From Macrostomum hystrix (Eukaryota > Animalia > Platyhelminthes), in assembly GCA_950097015.1 (NCBI GenBank), contig CATNEN010000007.1, positions 11,470,001 through 11,534,000 of the forward strand: a DNA stretch of 64,000 nucleotides, written 5' to 3'. A program made the position numbers and the translations under genes. Under the pieces are notes generated by a model, which had not been told where the DNA came from, made no database searches, and saw nothing but the letters and a program-made list of their open reading frames with translations. This document shows, in pieces, positions 24,471-35,330 of this stretch (positions are counted from its first letter, which is position 1; every line of letters begins with the position of its first letter).

Positions 24471-25862
24471 ATGCTCTCCCCAGCTTGGCACTGCATTCTC
24501 ATGGCCACTCAGATGAAGCTCGTCTATAAGATTGTACAAAATGAGTTTAGCTGTCTGGATCCAAGGAGCTTCCATATCACGAACCAGACGGAAAGACACG
24601 CACCGATCCAAGCAACCAAATGCTACTTTGACAGCAACCAAAGCGATGCCAGCATCACAACCAGCGGCCAGCTTTTCACGCAGTACATATACTTTGCGAG
24701 GTACATGATGCCCATTCTCGGTGGAACACTATCCAGCGCCTGGCTCGGATGCAACCGGCTTCTTCAGATCGGAGGCATTGTGATGTTTTTATCGACGGTT
24801 CTACTCTCGACCTCAGTGTATCTGGGTCTGATGTGCGGCTCCCCAATCATTCAAGTGACGTGGCTTCTCTTGCCCTTGTTTGTAGGGCTTGTGCATCCCA
24901 ACGTTCTGCTCGCAATGTTCTGCTGGCATAGGAATAACAAGTTGTGCACCGCCGTCTCCCTGATCTACTATTCCACTGCTACTTTTGGAGACTTGATTTC
25001 ACTTCCGGTGGTGCAACTCGCTTTCATCCGTACTTTTGGAAACGGTTTCACACTTCTGTTTGTAACACTGAGCGCCTTCTTCCTCACGCTCACTTTGTTT
25101 CTACCTGAAGTTAAGGAGGAGGAGCCTTTTATGCTGCCGACTCGAACGAGAATGCTCAAATACTTTCAGGTGTTCTCCGCGCAGATTTTATTTCTCATTT
25201 TTGTAAGTGACGCACGCGCTACAATGTACCTATCGGAAATGCGCTTATTCATGGGTGAAGCACTGGATACGGTGTCGCATCCCTGGCTGTCACCTGATTG
25301 CGTAAAACGCATTAGCTTTCTAGTCATTGCACAACCGATGATATTTGTAGTGGTCAAGCGCCGAAGGAGATTGTCTGTGCCCTCTCGAATGCTGTCGGGA
25401 ATTATGCTCAAGGCTATAGTCGAGCTTTTTCTAACTGTTGTCACTGCCGGGAGACTGCTCAGTGGTTCAGCAACGGTGGCTGTGTACACAGTAGTATCCG
25501 CCCTGGACGGAGTATCTGAGTTTCTTGTAATGATCGCCGCCTACGATCTCGGGTTCTCGATCATGCCGAGCAGCGCCCAGAGTCTGATCATCGGGGTCAT
25601 GTTTACAGTTTGGGGCATTGCTAACTTTGCGAGCCGCGGACTGCTCCTGCTTGTGGGCGAAATCAGCCGCAATGCAACCGGAGCGAAGCCGCAGTTCTTT
25701 GTCTATCACCTGATAGCCCTGCTGTGCCTGTTGTTTAGTATTCTGTACAACAAGTTCGTTATCTTGCCCATTGCTGATCAGCTCGTCGTTGCCGAGGACG
25801 ATAGGGAAAATTTGCGAGATAACGCTGAAATCACAGACGAAGGCACAGAATTCATACAATGA
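24471..25862 (+). CDS. Intronless POT/SLC15-like MFS transporter, divergent, copy 4
   Basis: Collinear with the other copies. The ATG at 24471 (MLSPAWHCILMA) aligns with paralog starts. Confidence 0.8.
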   Translation: MLSPAWHCILMATQMKLVYKIVQNEFSCLDPRSFHITNQTERHAPIQATKCYFDSNQSDASITTSGQLFTQYIYFARYMMPILGGTLSSAWLGCNRLLQIGGIVMFLSTVLLSTSVYLGLMCGSPIIQVTWLLLPLFVGLVHPNVLLAMFCWHRNNKLCTAVSLIYYSTATFGDLISLPVVQLAFIRTFGNGFTLLFVTLSAFFLTLTLFLPEVKEEEPFMLPTRTRMLKYFQVFSAQILFLIFVSDARATMYLSEMRLFMGEALDTVSHPWLSPDCVKRISFLVIAQPMIFVVVKRRRRLSVPSRMLSGIMLKAIVELFLTVVTAGRLLSGSATVAVYTVVSALDGVSEFLVMIAAYDLGFSIMPSSAQSLIIGVMFTVWGIANFASRGLLLLVGEISRNATGAKPQFFVYHLIALLCLLFSILYNKFVILPIADQLVVAEDDRENLRDNAEITDEGTEFIQ

Positions 25863-26732
25863 CAAACAAACTATGACAAGCAGTTGCACAGTTGACAAAC
25901 AAACAAACTTAGCCTATTAGAGGCTATGTAAAGCCCAACAACCCAGTCATAACAATGAGCTCACCATGGGGTGCTAGCCGCCAGCTTCAACTGTTCTAGC
26001 TTGCTCAAAAAAACCAGACCGGACCGTTTTGATTTGTACCACGCCTTTGCACCCAAACTTTTGTACGTGTATTGATTTTTGCCAACTGAATGCTGAATTA
26101 CAACTGTTTAAAAGTGCATTTCTTTTCAAACTTTAATTAAAACAGAAAATAAATTGAGAATTTAGTCCTGAAGATGTCCATTGTGAGTTGAAATGCATTG
26201 TCATAAGGAAATTTATTTGTATGTTGATTATTAAATTTTATTTATTTATTGTTTATTAAGCGAGCTAATTTGCCTGAGTCATACGATGAGTTCTTCTAAG
26301 GCTGATCTACTGCACTGTTTAATACACGTATATTAGAAATCGAATATACCAAAGTACAGAAAGCAAAAAGTACATTAGTAGATTGGGCGAAGCAAATAAA
26401 GTATATATATGGGTCATATCATTTCTAAAGCACTAACTTTACAGGATTATGATGTTTTTATCTCTGCAAATATTAACCAATTGTACGTAAATGTAAAACA
26501 ATTTAACAGCATATGCCTTTGATTTAATCTCAAGCAACTCTGCACTTGACAAAAAAATATTTGTCAATCGTATTGCTGTATACATTCTTGTTGTTTGTTT
26601 TCCGTAACTACAAAAAATATTTTAACTTACAAAATAAAAAAATGTTTTGATAATTGCAGCTCTAGAGGAGAACTAGTAGCAGCACGCCATTTGGTAATTG
26701 ACGTCTTCAGCAGAACGCAGGTTCCCGTTGCT

Positions 26733-28145
26733 TCAGTTGCAGCTGTGCTGGGCTTCTTCGAGAAGAGGCTGCTCTGCTTTGTCTCGCACTCGCGGCTCTT
26801 CAGGGCACTGGAAGCCGTCATCATCGTCGGTTACGGCAGTTGAAGCCAGCCTGAAGGCAAAGCAGCGATGATAGAAGAGGCTGAGCAGGAGGAGCAGCAG
26901 CATGGTCAGGTGGTAGACAAAGAAGAGCGGCTTGCGGCCAGCACGAGGCTGCAGAATCGGATTCTCTGGGGGAATGGCTCGAAACAGCATGAGCAGCAGG
27001 CGGCCGAGAATGTTGGCCAGCCCAAACACAGTAAACATAATGCCAATGACCAGTGGCTTGCTGCTCCTGTCTGACATGGCGTCCATAAGCTCATATGCAG
27101 CTACCATCGTCACTCCGGTGGCCACTCCATCCAAACAGGAGGCAGTTGTGTAAATCGCGCGGACAGCTGCAAAGCTAGAGAGCTGCTGCAGGTTGATGAT
27201 CATCAGTGAGAGTGAAATACCGCATTCGACCACGATGCCTGCCTGAATTCGTTTCCTCCTGGGCAGCCGTCGGACCGGTACGCACCAGGCCGTGAAGGCT
27301 ATTAGTGCACAGGTAGCTGTGATGCTAATCAGCTTGACTACTTCAGGCGACCATACCTTGACCCAGTTACTTGATTCAAGGCCCTCATCACCCAAAGACT
27401 CCAGCATGTACTGGATCTCGGCCAGGTATACAACCGGTCGGCAGTCTGACACTGCGATCACAAAGGCGATGAGCGCAGCGAAGACATGACAATAGCGAAT
27501 GACTCGCGACTTCGGAGGAAACGAGTACTCTAACTCTTCCTGCAGCGTGAGAGTCAGCCAGAGGAACAGTCCGGAGATGACTGCGCCGGCGATGGTGATG
27601 TTGTCGCCCGCCCCCGCTTTGTCAAGCACGGGCAGCAGCATTCCGATGCACTCGCCTAGCACCGCCGATCCGCAGTAGACGGCCGAAACGATGGTGCAGG
27701 CCCTCGACCCGGTGCGGTGCCAACGAAAAATGGCGTGCATGGCGTTCGGGTGAACCAGAGCGAATGTGAGCGGCAGCAGAAACCAAACAGCCAGACACAG
27801 CTGCGGCCTGCTGCACATCCAGCCTACATGAACTGCCACAGACATTAGGACAGTGGACAGCAGCATGACGAAGCCGCCCAGCTTCAGCGCTCTTACATAA
27901 CCAAAGCCTGCAACGGACAGTGCTCCACCGAGTACGGGCAGCAGGTACCTAGCCGACCAGATCCAGGTGAAAGCTGCCGAATGGTCCGAGGGAGTAGCGT
28001 GTGAGGTGCCGCTGGTTCTCAGGCAGCTGCTGTTGGTCCCAATGAACATGTCCGGTCTCTGAGTGGCAAACTGCAGCTCGACCACCTTGTGAATGAGCTT
28101 CATTGTTGAAGCGATTGCGACTCCGCTTATCGTGGCTGCGCGCAT
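26733..28145 (-). CDS. Intronless POT/SLC15-like MFS transporter, most divergent copy 5 (inverted orientation)
   Basis: 470-aa ORF with ARYLLPVLGGALSVAGFG, VMLLSTVL, LVHPN, MVAAYEL and KPLFFVYHL shared with copies 1-4. Confidence 0.78.
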   Translation of the reverse strand: MRAATISGVAIASTMKLIHKVVELQFATQRPDMFIGTNSSCLRTSGTSHATPSDHSAAFTWIWSARYLLPVLGGALSVAGFGYVRALKLGGFVMLLSTVLMSVAVHVGWMCSRPQLCLAVWFLLPLTFALVHPNAMHAIFRWHRTGSRACTIVSAVYCGSAVLGECIGMLLPVLDKAGAGDNITIAGAVISGLFLWLTLTLQEELEYSFPPKSRVIRYCHVFAALIAFVIAVSDCRPVVYLAEIQYMLESLGDEGLESSNWVKVWSPEVVKLISITATCALIAFTAWCVPVRRLPRRKRIQAGIVVECGISLSLMIINLQQLSSFAAVRAIYTTASCLDGVATGVTMVAAYELMDAMSDRSSKPLVIGIMFTVFGLANILGRLLLMLFRAIPPENPILQPRAGRKPLFFVYHLTMLLLLLLSLFYHRCFAFRLASTAVTDDDDGFQCPEEPRVRDKAEQPLLEEAQHSCN

Positions 28146-28904
28146 TGAGTGCTGGCTGAGGTGTGAACTCGAGTGGCGTCACTCTCAAATCCACTTTCAT
28201 CACAAGCGTTACAATACATAGTTTAGCTTGTTTTCGTCTGGGTTCATGCAGGTAAGACAGAATTTTAAAGCCATGATTTTCATCATGTAAACAATCGCCT
28301 GCCACTAAGGAATGTGAAACTGCAGTCAACTGCAGCCCTTCAGGCGCCCATGAATATATGGCGTGCTTGCTTAGTCACAGTGAACGGCAGGCTGGCAGGC
28401 GCTGTGAATCTTCTGGGACAGGCATTAAAATAACAAGAAAAATAAGTAAATGTTGTAAAACTGTTTCGACTGGCCATCCGCATGGAACAATAGAGCATTT
28501 GAGCGAACTTTTTACATTCTCCATGCTGTACAGTGTAAGCAGACCCAAACAGGCAATGCCTTAGATGACCCTGGGCTGAACAAGGCTGGGGAGAGGTATT
28601 TAGCTATGTGCAGAGCTCAATGGGAACGCTTGCAGTCTTGACTGAATGTGCAGCCTTTGCACAATGCAATTCAAACAATAGTAGATGAGCCAGTTCTGTT
28701 TGTCTCTCTTCTGTCAGGCTCATTCAAGGGCGGTTTCTCTCTCGCTCTCATTTAAATGTTTTAAGTGCTTCGTGGAGCGCCTGGAATAGGTTGTGAGCAT
28801 ATGCCGAGGAACACGTACGGATCGCACCTCTGCGATCTCCATCTAGCGCTTGGCAGTTAGAGAACCATCGACCCATCAGAGCATCAAAAACAGCTGCAAA
28901 AAGA

Positions 28905-31900
28905 ATGCCGAAACCAACTCCGGAGCAGGCTCTGGAGGCAGCCAGAGACGGAAACGTCAAGACGCTCCGCCAGCATTTGGAGGCCGGCGGTGACGCCAAC
29001 TTGCGTGGCGAAAGCGGCCAGCTGACGCTGCTGCACCTGGCTGCAACTGGCGGGCACCTGGGCGCTGTGTCAGAGCTCACGCGCAGCCGCGGCTGTCGCA
29101 TCAACGAGCCATCCGGTAGAAACGGCGATACAGCACTGATCATGGCGGTGAAGCGCAATCACGAATCCGTGGCCAGACATCTCCTGCTGCTTGGCGGCTG
29201 CGATCTCAACGCCCGCAACCGGGCCGGCTTCACGGCCCTGATGAAGGCGGCCAAGCGCGGGGCTGGCCAGCTGGCGTTGCTACTGATGCAGCACGGCGCT
29301 GAGTTGGAGGCCGCGTCGGAGCGCGGAGGGCACACGGCGCTCACTCTCGCGGTGACCAATCAGCGGCTGAGGATGGTTGATCTGCTGCTGCAGTTCGGTG
29401 CCAGCCTCGAGCACTGCACAGCCAGTGGCAAGACACCCGAGGATATCGCCTACGAACTCTACGCCGCAGCCGGCTCCGCTGAGAACTCGAAGTCGCATCG
29501 AATTTACGCAATTATTCTCAAAGCCAAGGATCGCAGGTTCTACTCCCATTCTAAGCTGTTTGTCTCTTGTGAATGGCATATTGCTGTCTCTTAATCGGTC
29601 TCATGAGCATCAGCAATCAGAGAGTTTTGAGGTTAAATAATAATAACTGCAGAAGGGCTGCGGGCAGTGGCACATCATATGGTGGCAGTGGACCCGCAGC
29701 CAGCGATCCCGCCCATTTCGCTGACTCCTGAGCACACACGCACGCACACATGCCCAGTTACATGCTCACACAGGTTTGTAAAACGCGCTGACTTTCTCAT
29801 CGTCAGGCAGTGTGTACACTTTCACTGGAGGTTAGCCCTCAAAGTATAACGGATTAAAATTGCTTCGCCCCATGTTAGGCTGGAGTTCAGGCGCAGTACT
29901 GGCCTGCCCTCGGACGTGCTGAACAGCCAGTACCGGATCATCGAACAGATCGGCAACGGCTCCTTCGGCTCCGTGTTTCTTGTGGACAATCTGCGATGCC
30001 GAGACTTTGGCAGCGACAGTCGCGCAGTGGTGAAGGTGATGCAGCCGCGGCCCAACCGCAAAACCGCAGAATTCCACTCAGAGGGAATGCACGAGGCCAA
30101 GCTCATGCTCATGATGGACCACTCGCAGGTGGCACGCATCGTACAGTACTTCAAGTGTAAGAATCCATTGGACTGAACTCTTTATGTTACAGTGGAGGAT
30201 GTGACAGTGGAGCATGTGACAGTGGAGGATGTGACAGTGGAGCATGTGACAGTGGAGGATGTGAAAATAGAGGATGTGACAATGAAGGATGACAGTAGAG
30301 GATGTGATAATGAAGGATGACAGTAGAGGATGTGACAGTGGAGGATGTGACAGTGGAGCATGTGACAGTGGAGGATGTGACAGTGGAGCATGTGACAGTG
30401 GAGGATGTGAAAGTAGAGGATGTGACAATGAAGGATGACAGTAGAGGATGTGATAATGAAGGATGACAGTAGAGGATGTGACAGTGGAGAATGTGACAGT
30501 AGAGGATGTGACAGTGGAGGATGTGACAGTGGAGGATGTGACAGTGGAGGATGTGACAGTGGAGGATGTGACAGTAGAGGATATGACAGTAGAGGATGTG
30601 ACAGTGGAGGATGTGACAGTGGAGGATGTGACAGTGTAGGAATTGACAGCGGAGGATGCGAGGGTGAGAGTTTTACAGAGAGAATGTATGCTCCTATGAG
30701 TGCTCTAACTTTCCCCTTGAAAGAGCTGTGTTCCAAAGAGTTAAAATGACTTTTTAATTAGATTCGGCAGAAGTTAAAATTCACGCCACTAACCGCGTGC
30801 TGAACCAGGTCCGGCTTTTGCCCGTAAGGCTAACTAATTCTCCACTTTAGTTAGGAGACCAAGTGGAGAGATAAAATGTTTTTGGATAATCTCACCGATT
30901 TGAAACGAACGTTTGTCGAAAATAATATGACGTTTTAACCCCCCCTAAACCTTGAGTACAAGATATTGTGTGGGATGGCGCGAGTACATGGTGCGGGTGA
31001 GCGGCCCCCCACAAATGTGATGGTGCATTTTTTAAATCATGATTTAACATGTTTTATTCAACCCCTTTCGGTGTCCCAATAAAAAAGAGTGGAAATCAAG
31101 TCCGCCAATCGAGTGATCAGATCGTTGGAAACATTTCAGTGGATAAGAGCTTCTGCATCGTGATGGAGTACTGCGAGTTCGGCGACCTGGATGTGTGGAT
31201 CAAGGCCCTGGATCGCAAGCACAAGCACTTCCCTGTGGCGACAGTCATTCACTGGCTCCTGCAGCTGCTGCTTGCCCTTAACTATCTGCATAGCAACAAA
31301 ATTATCCATCGGGACATCAAGCCGAAGAACATTTTCCTGAAGCAGGACGCCACCGCCAAGATTGGTGACTTTGGCTTCTCTCGCCGGCTGCTAGGCGAGG
31401 GTGATTATGCTTCGACCGTGGCCGGCACCGTCGTGTACATGTGCCCCGAGATCCTGCGCAACCTCTCAAGTATCACATCTCGCATTGTCGACGTGCCCAT
31501 TGAAAGTGAGTCAATGAAACGGGCTTAGCAAAATTTGGTTGGGGAACCAGGCGCAGTTGATAAAGCCATCGCCACCGAATTGACTGGCTTTGGTTGAAGA
31601 CAACCACACATCTGTCCCGAAATCGTTTGACCATTTTAGAATACGACGCAAAGTGCGATGTCTGGAGCCTGGGCTGCACGCTGTACGAGCTATGCACCCT
31701 GCAGCTGCCATTTGATCCAGAAAGGCAAAAGGAACAGGTGTGCGGCAACACCGCCCTGCCGTCCTTGCCAAGACAATACCCGGATGAGCTGGACGCACTC
31801 TTTAAGTCCATGCTAGCTCGGGAGCGCAAAGAGCGAGCGAGCTGCAGGCAGCTGCTGGACAGCCACTTCACCCGCGAGAGGCTGCGGGACATGAAGGAGA

Positions 31901-32346
31901 ACGGCTGCGCTGAGGACCTGCGGTTCCTCCAGAACAGCGCACACCTGGTCAAGCGTCAAGGATTCGCCAGCCACGTGGATGCCGACAGCGAGGCCGATAG
32001 CGACGACCGAGACACCTTGACCCCACAGGGAGCCGGCATGCACCGCCTGTGGAAGGCCGTGGACAGCGTGCTGCAGAACCAGCAGCCAGCCGGCCTGGGC
32101 CCGAACTACAATCTGCACGATGACAGCATCTCGGACACGGTACCGGGAAGCATTGTTGAGGCGCTGGCCGAGCGGGTGAAATGGTCTGGCTTCCCGCTCG
32201 AGCAGATTTATAGGCGCACTCTCGTCAACCTCGGCCAAGACGCATCGCCAGAGGCCCGGCGAAAAGACTACACAAGGTACACAGACGATCTGGACGGATG
32301 CGAGCTGGTGGAGACTCTGGTGGTCTGCGAGATGTCCCAGGAGTAG
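28905..32346 (+). CDS. Ankyrin-repeat / NEK-type Ser/Thr kinase fusion (exons 28905-29536, 29879-30156, 31140-31469, 31640-32346; ~648 aa)
   Basis: About 5-6 ankyrin repeats (TLLHLAA, GDTALIMAV, GFTALMKAA, GHTALTLAV, GKTP) are followed by a complete kinase (GNGSFG, VVK, IVMEYC..GDL, HRDIKPKN, DFG, GT..YMCPE, DVWSLGC). All three introns are GT-AG with matching phases, and the spliced length of 1947 nt is in frame. The ANK-to-kinase join is inferred. Confidence 0.75.
30187..30894. repeat. 15-bp minisatellite plus 261-bp unique tail (copy 1, intronic)
   Basis: GGATGTGACAGT(G/A)GA array, then block 30634-30894, which matches 33690-33950. Confidence 0.9.
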
Positions 32347-32853
32347 CGCCTCGACACTGAGCACCCGCGGTTACACGAAATGACAGATTTGAACTAGAAA
32401 ATCTCATTTGCTGATATTTATAGCAAAGGCCAAAGCGGCTAAAAATAAAGAAAGTAAAAATATTCTCGCAAATGTACTTTCTGTTTTTCGCTGCCTTATC
32501 CAGCTAAATAGCACGGCTACAACCATAAAATGATTCAGTGTCAAAAGGTTGAAATATGCTCCTTGACTGTTTGTACCATTGCAAAGTAAAGGACCTGCTG
32601 TATGAGGTTGTAAATATGAATTTATGATGAATTATTTTTCCAAAACATGTGGCATTACAGCATGCTCGCACCAAACTTCCGTGATATTTTTACTGATTCC
32701 CAAGTACATTTTATACTACTGAATCGTCAAGTACTCCTCGATACTATGAGTAAGACATTCCGCGCATGACTCCTGTATTTACATCTAATTTCCAGTATTA
32801 GTTTACTGGTTTGAGGTTGGTGAGGGCAAGGCTATTAGACTGAGAATGTTAAA

Positions 32854-33950
32854 TGGATGTGACAGTGGAGGATGTGACAGTGGAGGATGTGACAGTGGAG
32901 GATGTGACAGTGGAGGATGTGACAGTGGAGGATGTGACAGTAGAGGATGTGACAGTGGAGGATGTGACAGTAGAGGATGTGACAGTAGAGGATGTGACAG
33001 TGGAGGATGTGACAGTGGAGGATGTGACAGTGGAGGATGTGACAGTGGAGGATGTGACAGTGGAGGATGTGACAGTGGAGGATGTGACAGTGGAGGATGT
33101 GACAGTAGAGGATGTGACAGTGGAGGATGTGACAGTGGAGGATGTGACAGTGGAGGATGTGACAGTGGAGGATGTGACAGTAGAGGATGTGACAGTGGAG
33201 GATGTGACAGTGGAGGATGTGACAGTAGAGGATGTGACAGTGGAGGATGTGACAGTAGAGGATGTGACAGTAGAGGATGTGACAGTGGAGGATGTGACAG
33301 TAGAGGATGTGACAGTGGAGGATGTGACAGTGGAGGATGTGACAGTAGAGGATGTGACAGTGGAGGATGTGACAGTAGAGGATGTGACAGTAGAGGATGT
33401 GACAGTGGAGGATGTGACAGTGGAGGATGTGACAGTGGAGGATGTGACAGTGGAGGATGTGACAGTAGAGGATGTGACAGTAGAGGATGTGACAGTGGAG
33501 GATGTGACAGTAGAGGATGTGACAGTGGAGGATGTGACAGTGGAGGATGTGACAGTGGAGGATGTGACAGTGGAGGATGTGACAGTGGAGGATGTGACAG
33601 TGGAGGATGTGACAGCGGAGGATGTGACAGTGGAGGATGTGACAGTAGAGGATGTGACAGTAGAGGATGTGACAGTGGAGGATGTGACAGTGTAGGAATT
33701 GACAGCGGAGGATGCGAGGGTGAGAGTTTTACAGAGAGAATGTATGCTCCTATGAGTGCTCTAACTTTCCCCTTGAAAGAGCTGTGTTCCAAAGAGTTAA
33801 AATGACTTTTTAATTAGATTCGGCAGAAGTTAAAATTCACGCCACTAACCGCGTGCTGAACCAGGTCCGGCTTTTGCCCGTAAGGCTAACTAATTCTCCA
33901 CTTTAGTTAGGAGACCAAGTGGAGAGATAAAATGTTTTTGGATAATCTCA
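32854..33950. repeat. 15-bp minisatellite (~56 units) plus 261-bp unique tail (copy 2)
   Basis: Same repeat unit and same tail as the intronic copy. Confidence 0.93.
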
Positions 33951-34299
33951 ATGCCAATCTCAAGCCTGGTCAGTGGGCCTCTTTAAAATGGTAGAAATAC
34001 TTTCCTTGGCTTTCTGCAGACCTATCCAGGACACATAGATCGCCTCACACAAGGGCAAGGGCGATCGCATCTGTCCTGACCTTAGTTTTCGTCGTCAGAC
34101 CCAATACACTCACTGTGCCCTGCTCTCATGGGAATAAATTGAGCCTCAAACCCCAGCCTTCTCTTCAGAGCTTTTTTCTGGAATTAAGAGTGCCTTATCA
34201 TACTGGCCTTGGCGGACATAGCGTTTCCAGACGGTTGTCCAGTCCGCCTTGCTGCATAACGCAAGGCCTGGACGATTCGGATCCACGACGTGTTCTTCG

Positions 34300-35330
34300 A
34301 TCTGTCCGATCAACGAGTTATCAGCGGCACCAGAGCCGCTGAATGACCTGGGCACGAACGTGCCGGCTAGCAGGCAGTCAACGAATCGCCGGGTGCCTCG
34401 CCAGTCGGCTGCCTGCAGCATCAACACCACCTGCAGGCAGTGCGCTTCGACGCGGATGATGTGGCCAGCAGACAAAGGCCGGCGCAGCGATAAACAGCCG
34501 CGTCGACTGGACGTTCCAGCGTCTCTGTCAGCATCCAGACCTCGGCATTGTATAGTGCTCCAGCGTCTCTGTCAGCATCCAGACCTCGGCATTGTATAGT
34601 GCTCCAGCGTCTCTGTCAGCATCCAGACCTCGGCATTGTATAGTGCTCCAGCGTCTCTGTCAGCATCCAGACCACGGCATTGTATAGTGTTCCAGCGTCT
34701 CTGTTAGCATCCAGACCTCGGCATTGTATAGTGTTCCAGCGTCTCTGTCAGCATCCAGACCTCGGCATTGTATAGTGCTCCAGCGTCTCTGTCAGCATCC
34801 AGACCTCGGCATTGTATAGTGCTCCAGCGTCTCTGTCAGCATCCAGACCACGGCATTGTATAGTGTTCCAGCGTCTCTGTTAGCATCCAGACCTCGGCAT
34901 TGTATAGTGTTCCAGCGTCTCTGTCAGCATCCAGACCTCGGCATTGTATAGTGTTCCAGCGTCTCTGTCAGCATCCAGACCTCGGCATTGTATAGTGTTC
35001 CAGCGTCTCTGTCAGCATCCAGACCTCGGCATTGTATAGTGTTCCAGCGTCTCTGTCAGCATCCAGACCTCGGCATTGTATAGTGTTCCAGCGTCTCTGT
35101 CAGCATCCAGACCTCGGCATTGTATAGTGTTCCAGCGTCTCTGTCAGCATCCAGATCTCGGCATTGTATAGTGTTCCAGCGTCTCTGTCAGTATCCAGAC
35201 CTCGGCATTGTATAGTGTTCCAGCGTCTCTGTCAGCATCCAGACCTCCGCATTGTAAAGCAGACCGCTGATGTAGGCAAACTGCTGACAGCGCGAATGTG
35301 CCGTTGCCCGTCACTCAGCGCCTCTGATAA
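34300..35330 (-). mobile_element. Decayed RTE-like LINE fragment containing an internally amplified minisatellite
   Basis: Minus-strand SEALSDGQR, LYNAEVWMLTETLE and AGHIIRVEAHC...RRFVDCLL match the RTE fragment at 15144-15665. Confidence 0.75.
34512..35255. repeat. 44-bp minisatellite, ~17 copies, derived from LINE coding sequence
   Basis: Unit CCAGCGTCTCTGTCAGCATCCAGACCTCGGCATTGTATAGTG(T/C)T. Confidence 0.95.

Noticed and set aside
26165-26210. CTGAAGA...GAAA...GTC resembling a Penelope-type minimal hammerhead ribozyme
   Set aside because: Stems I and II do not pair convincingly, and no Penelope ORF or second copy is nearby.
28905-29594. Stand-alone 229-aa ankyrin protein
   Set aside because: An in-frame splice to the ATG-less kinase exon explains the locus better, although a short isoform cannot be excluded.
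32803-33805. GCDSG/EDVTV/SHPPL repeat ORFs (also 30078-30749)
   Set aside because: The 15-bp satellite is open in multiple frames, and the same array lies inside a kinase intron.
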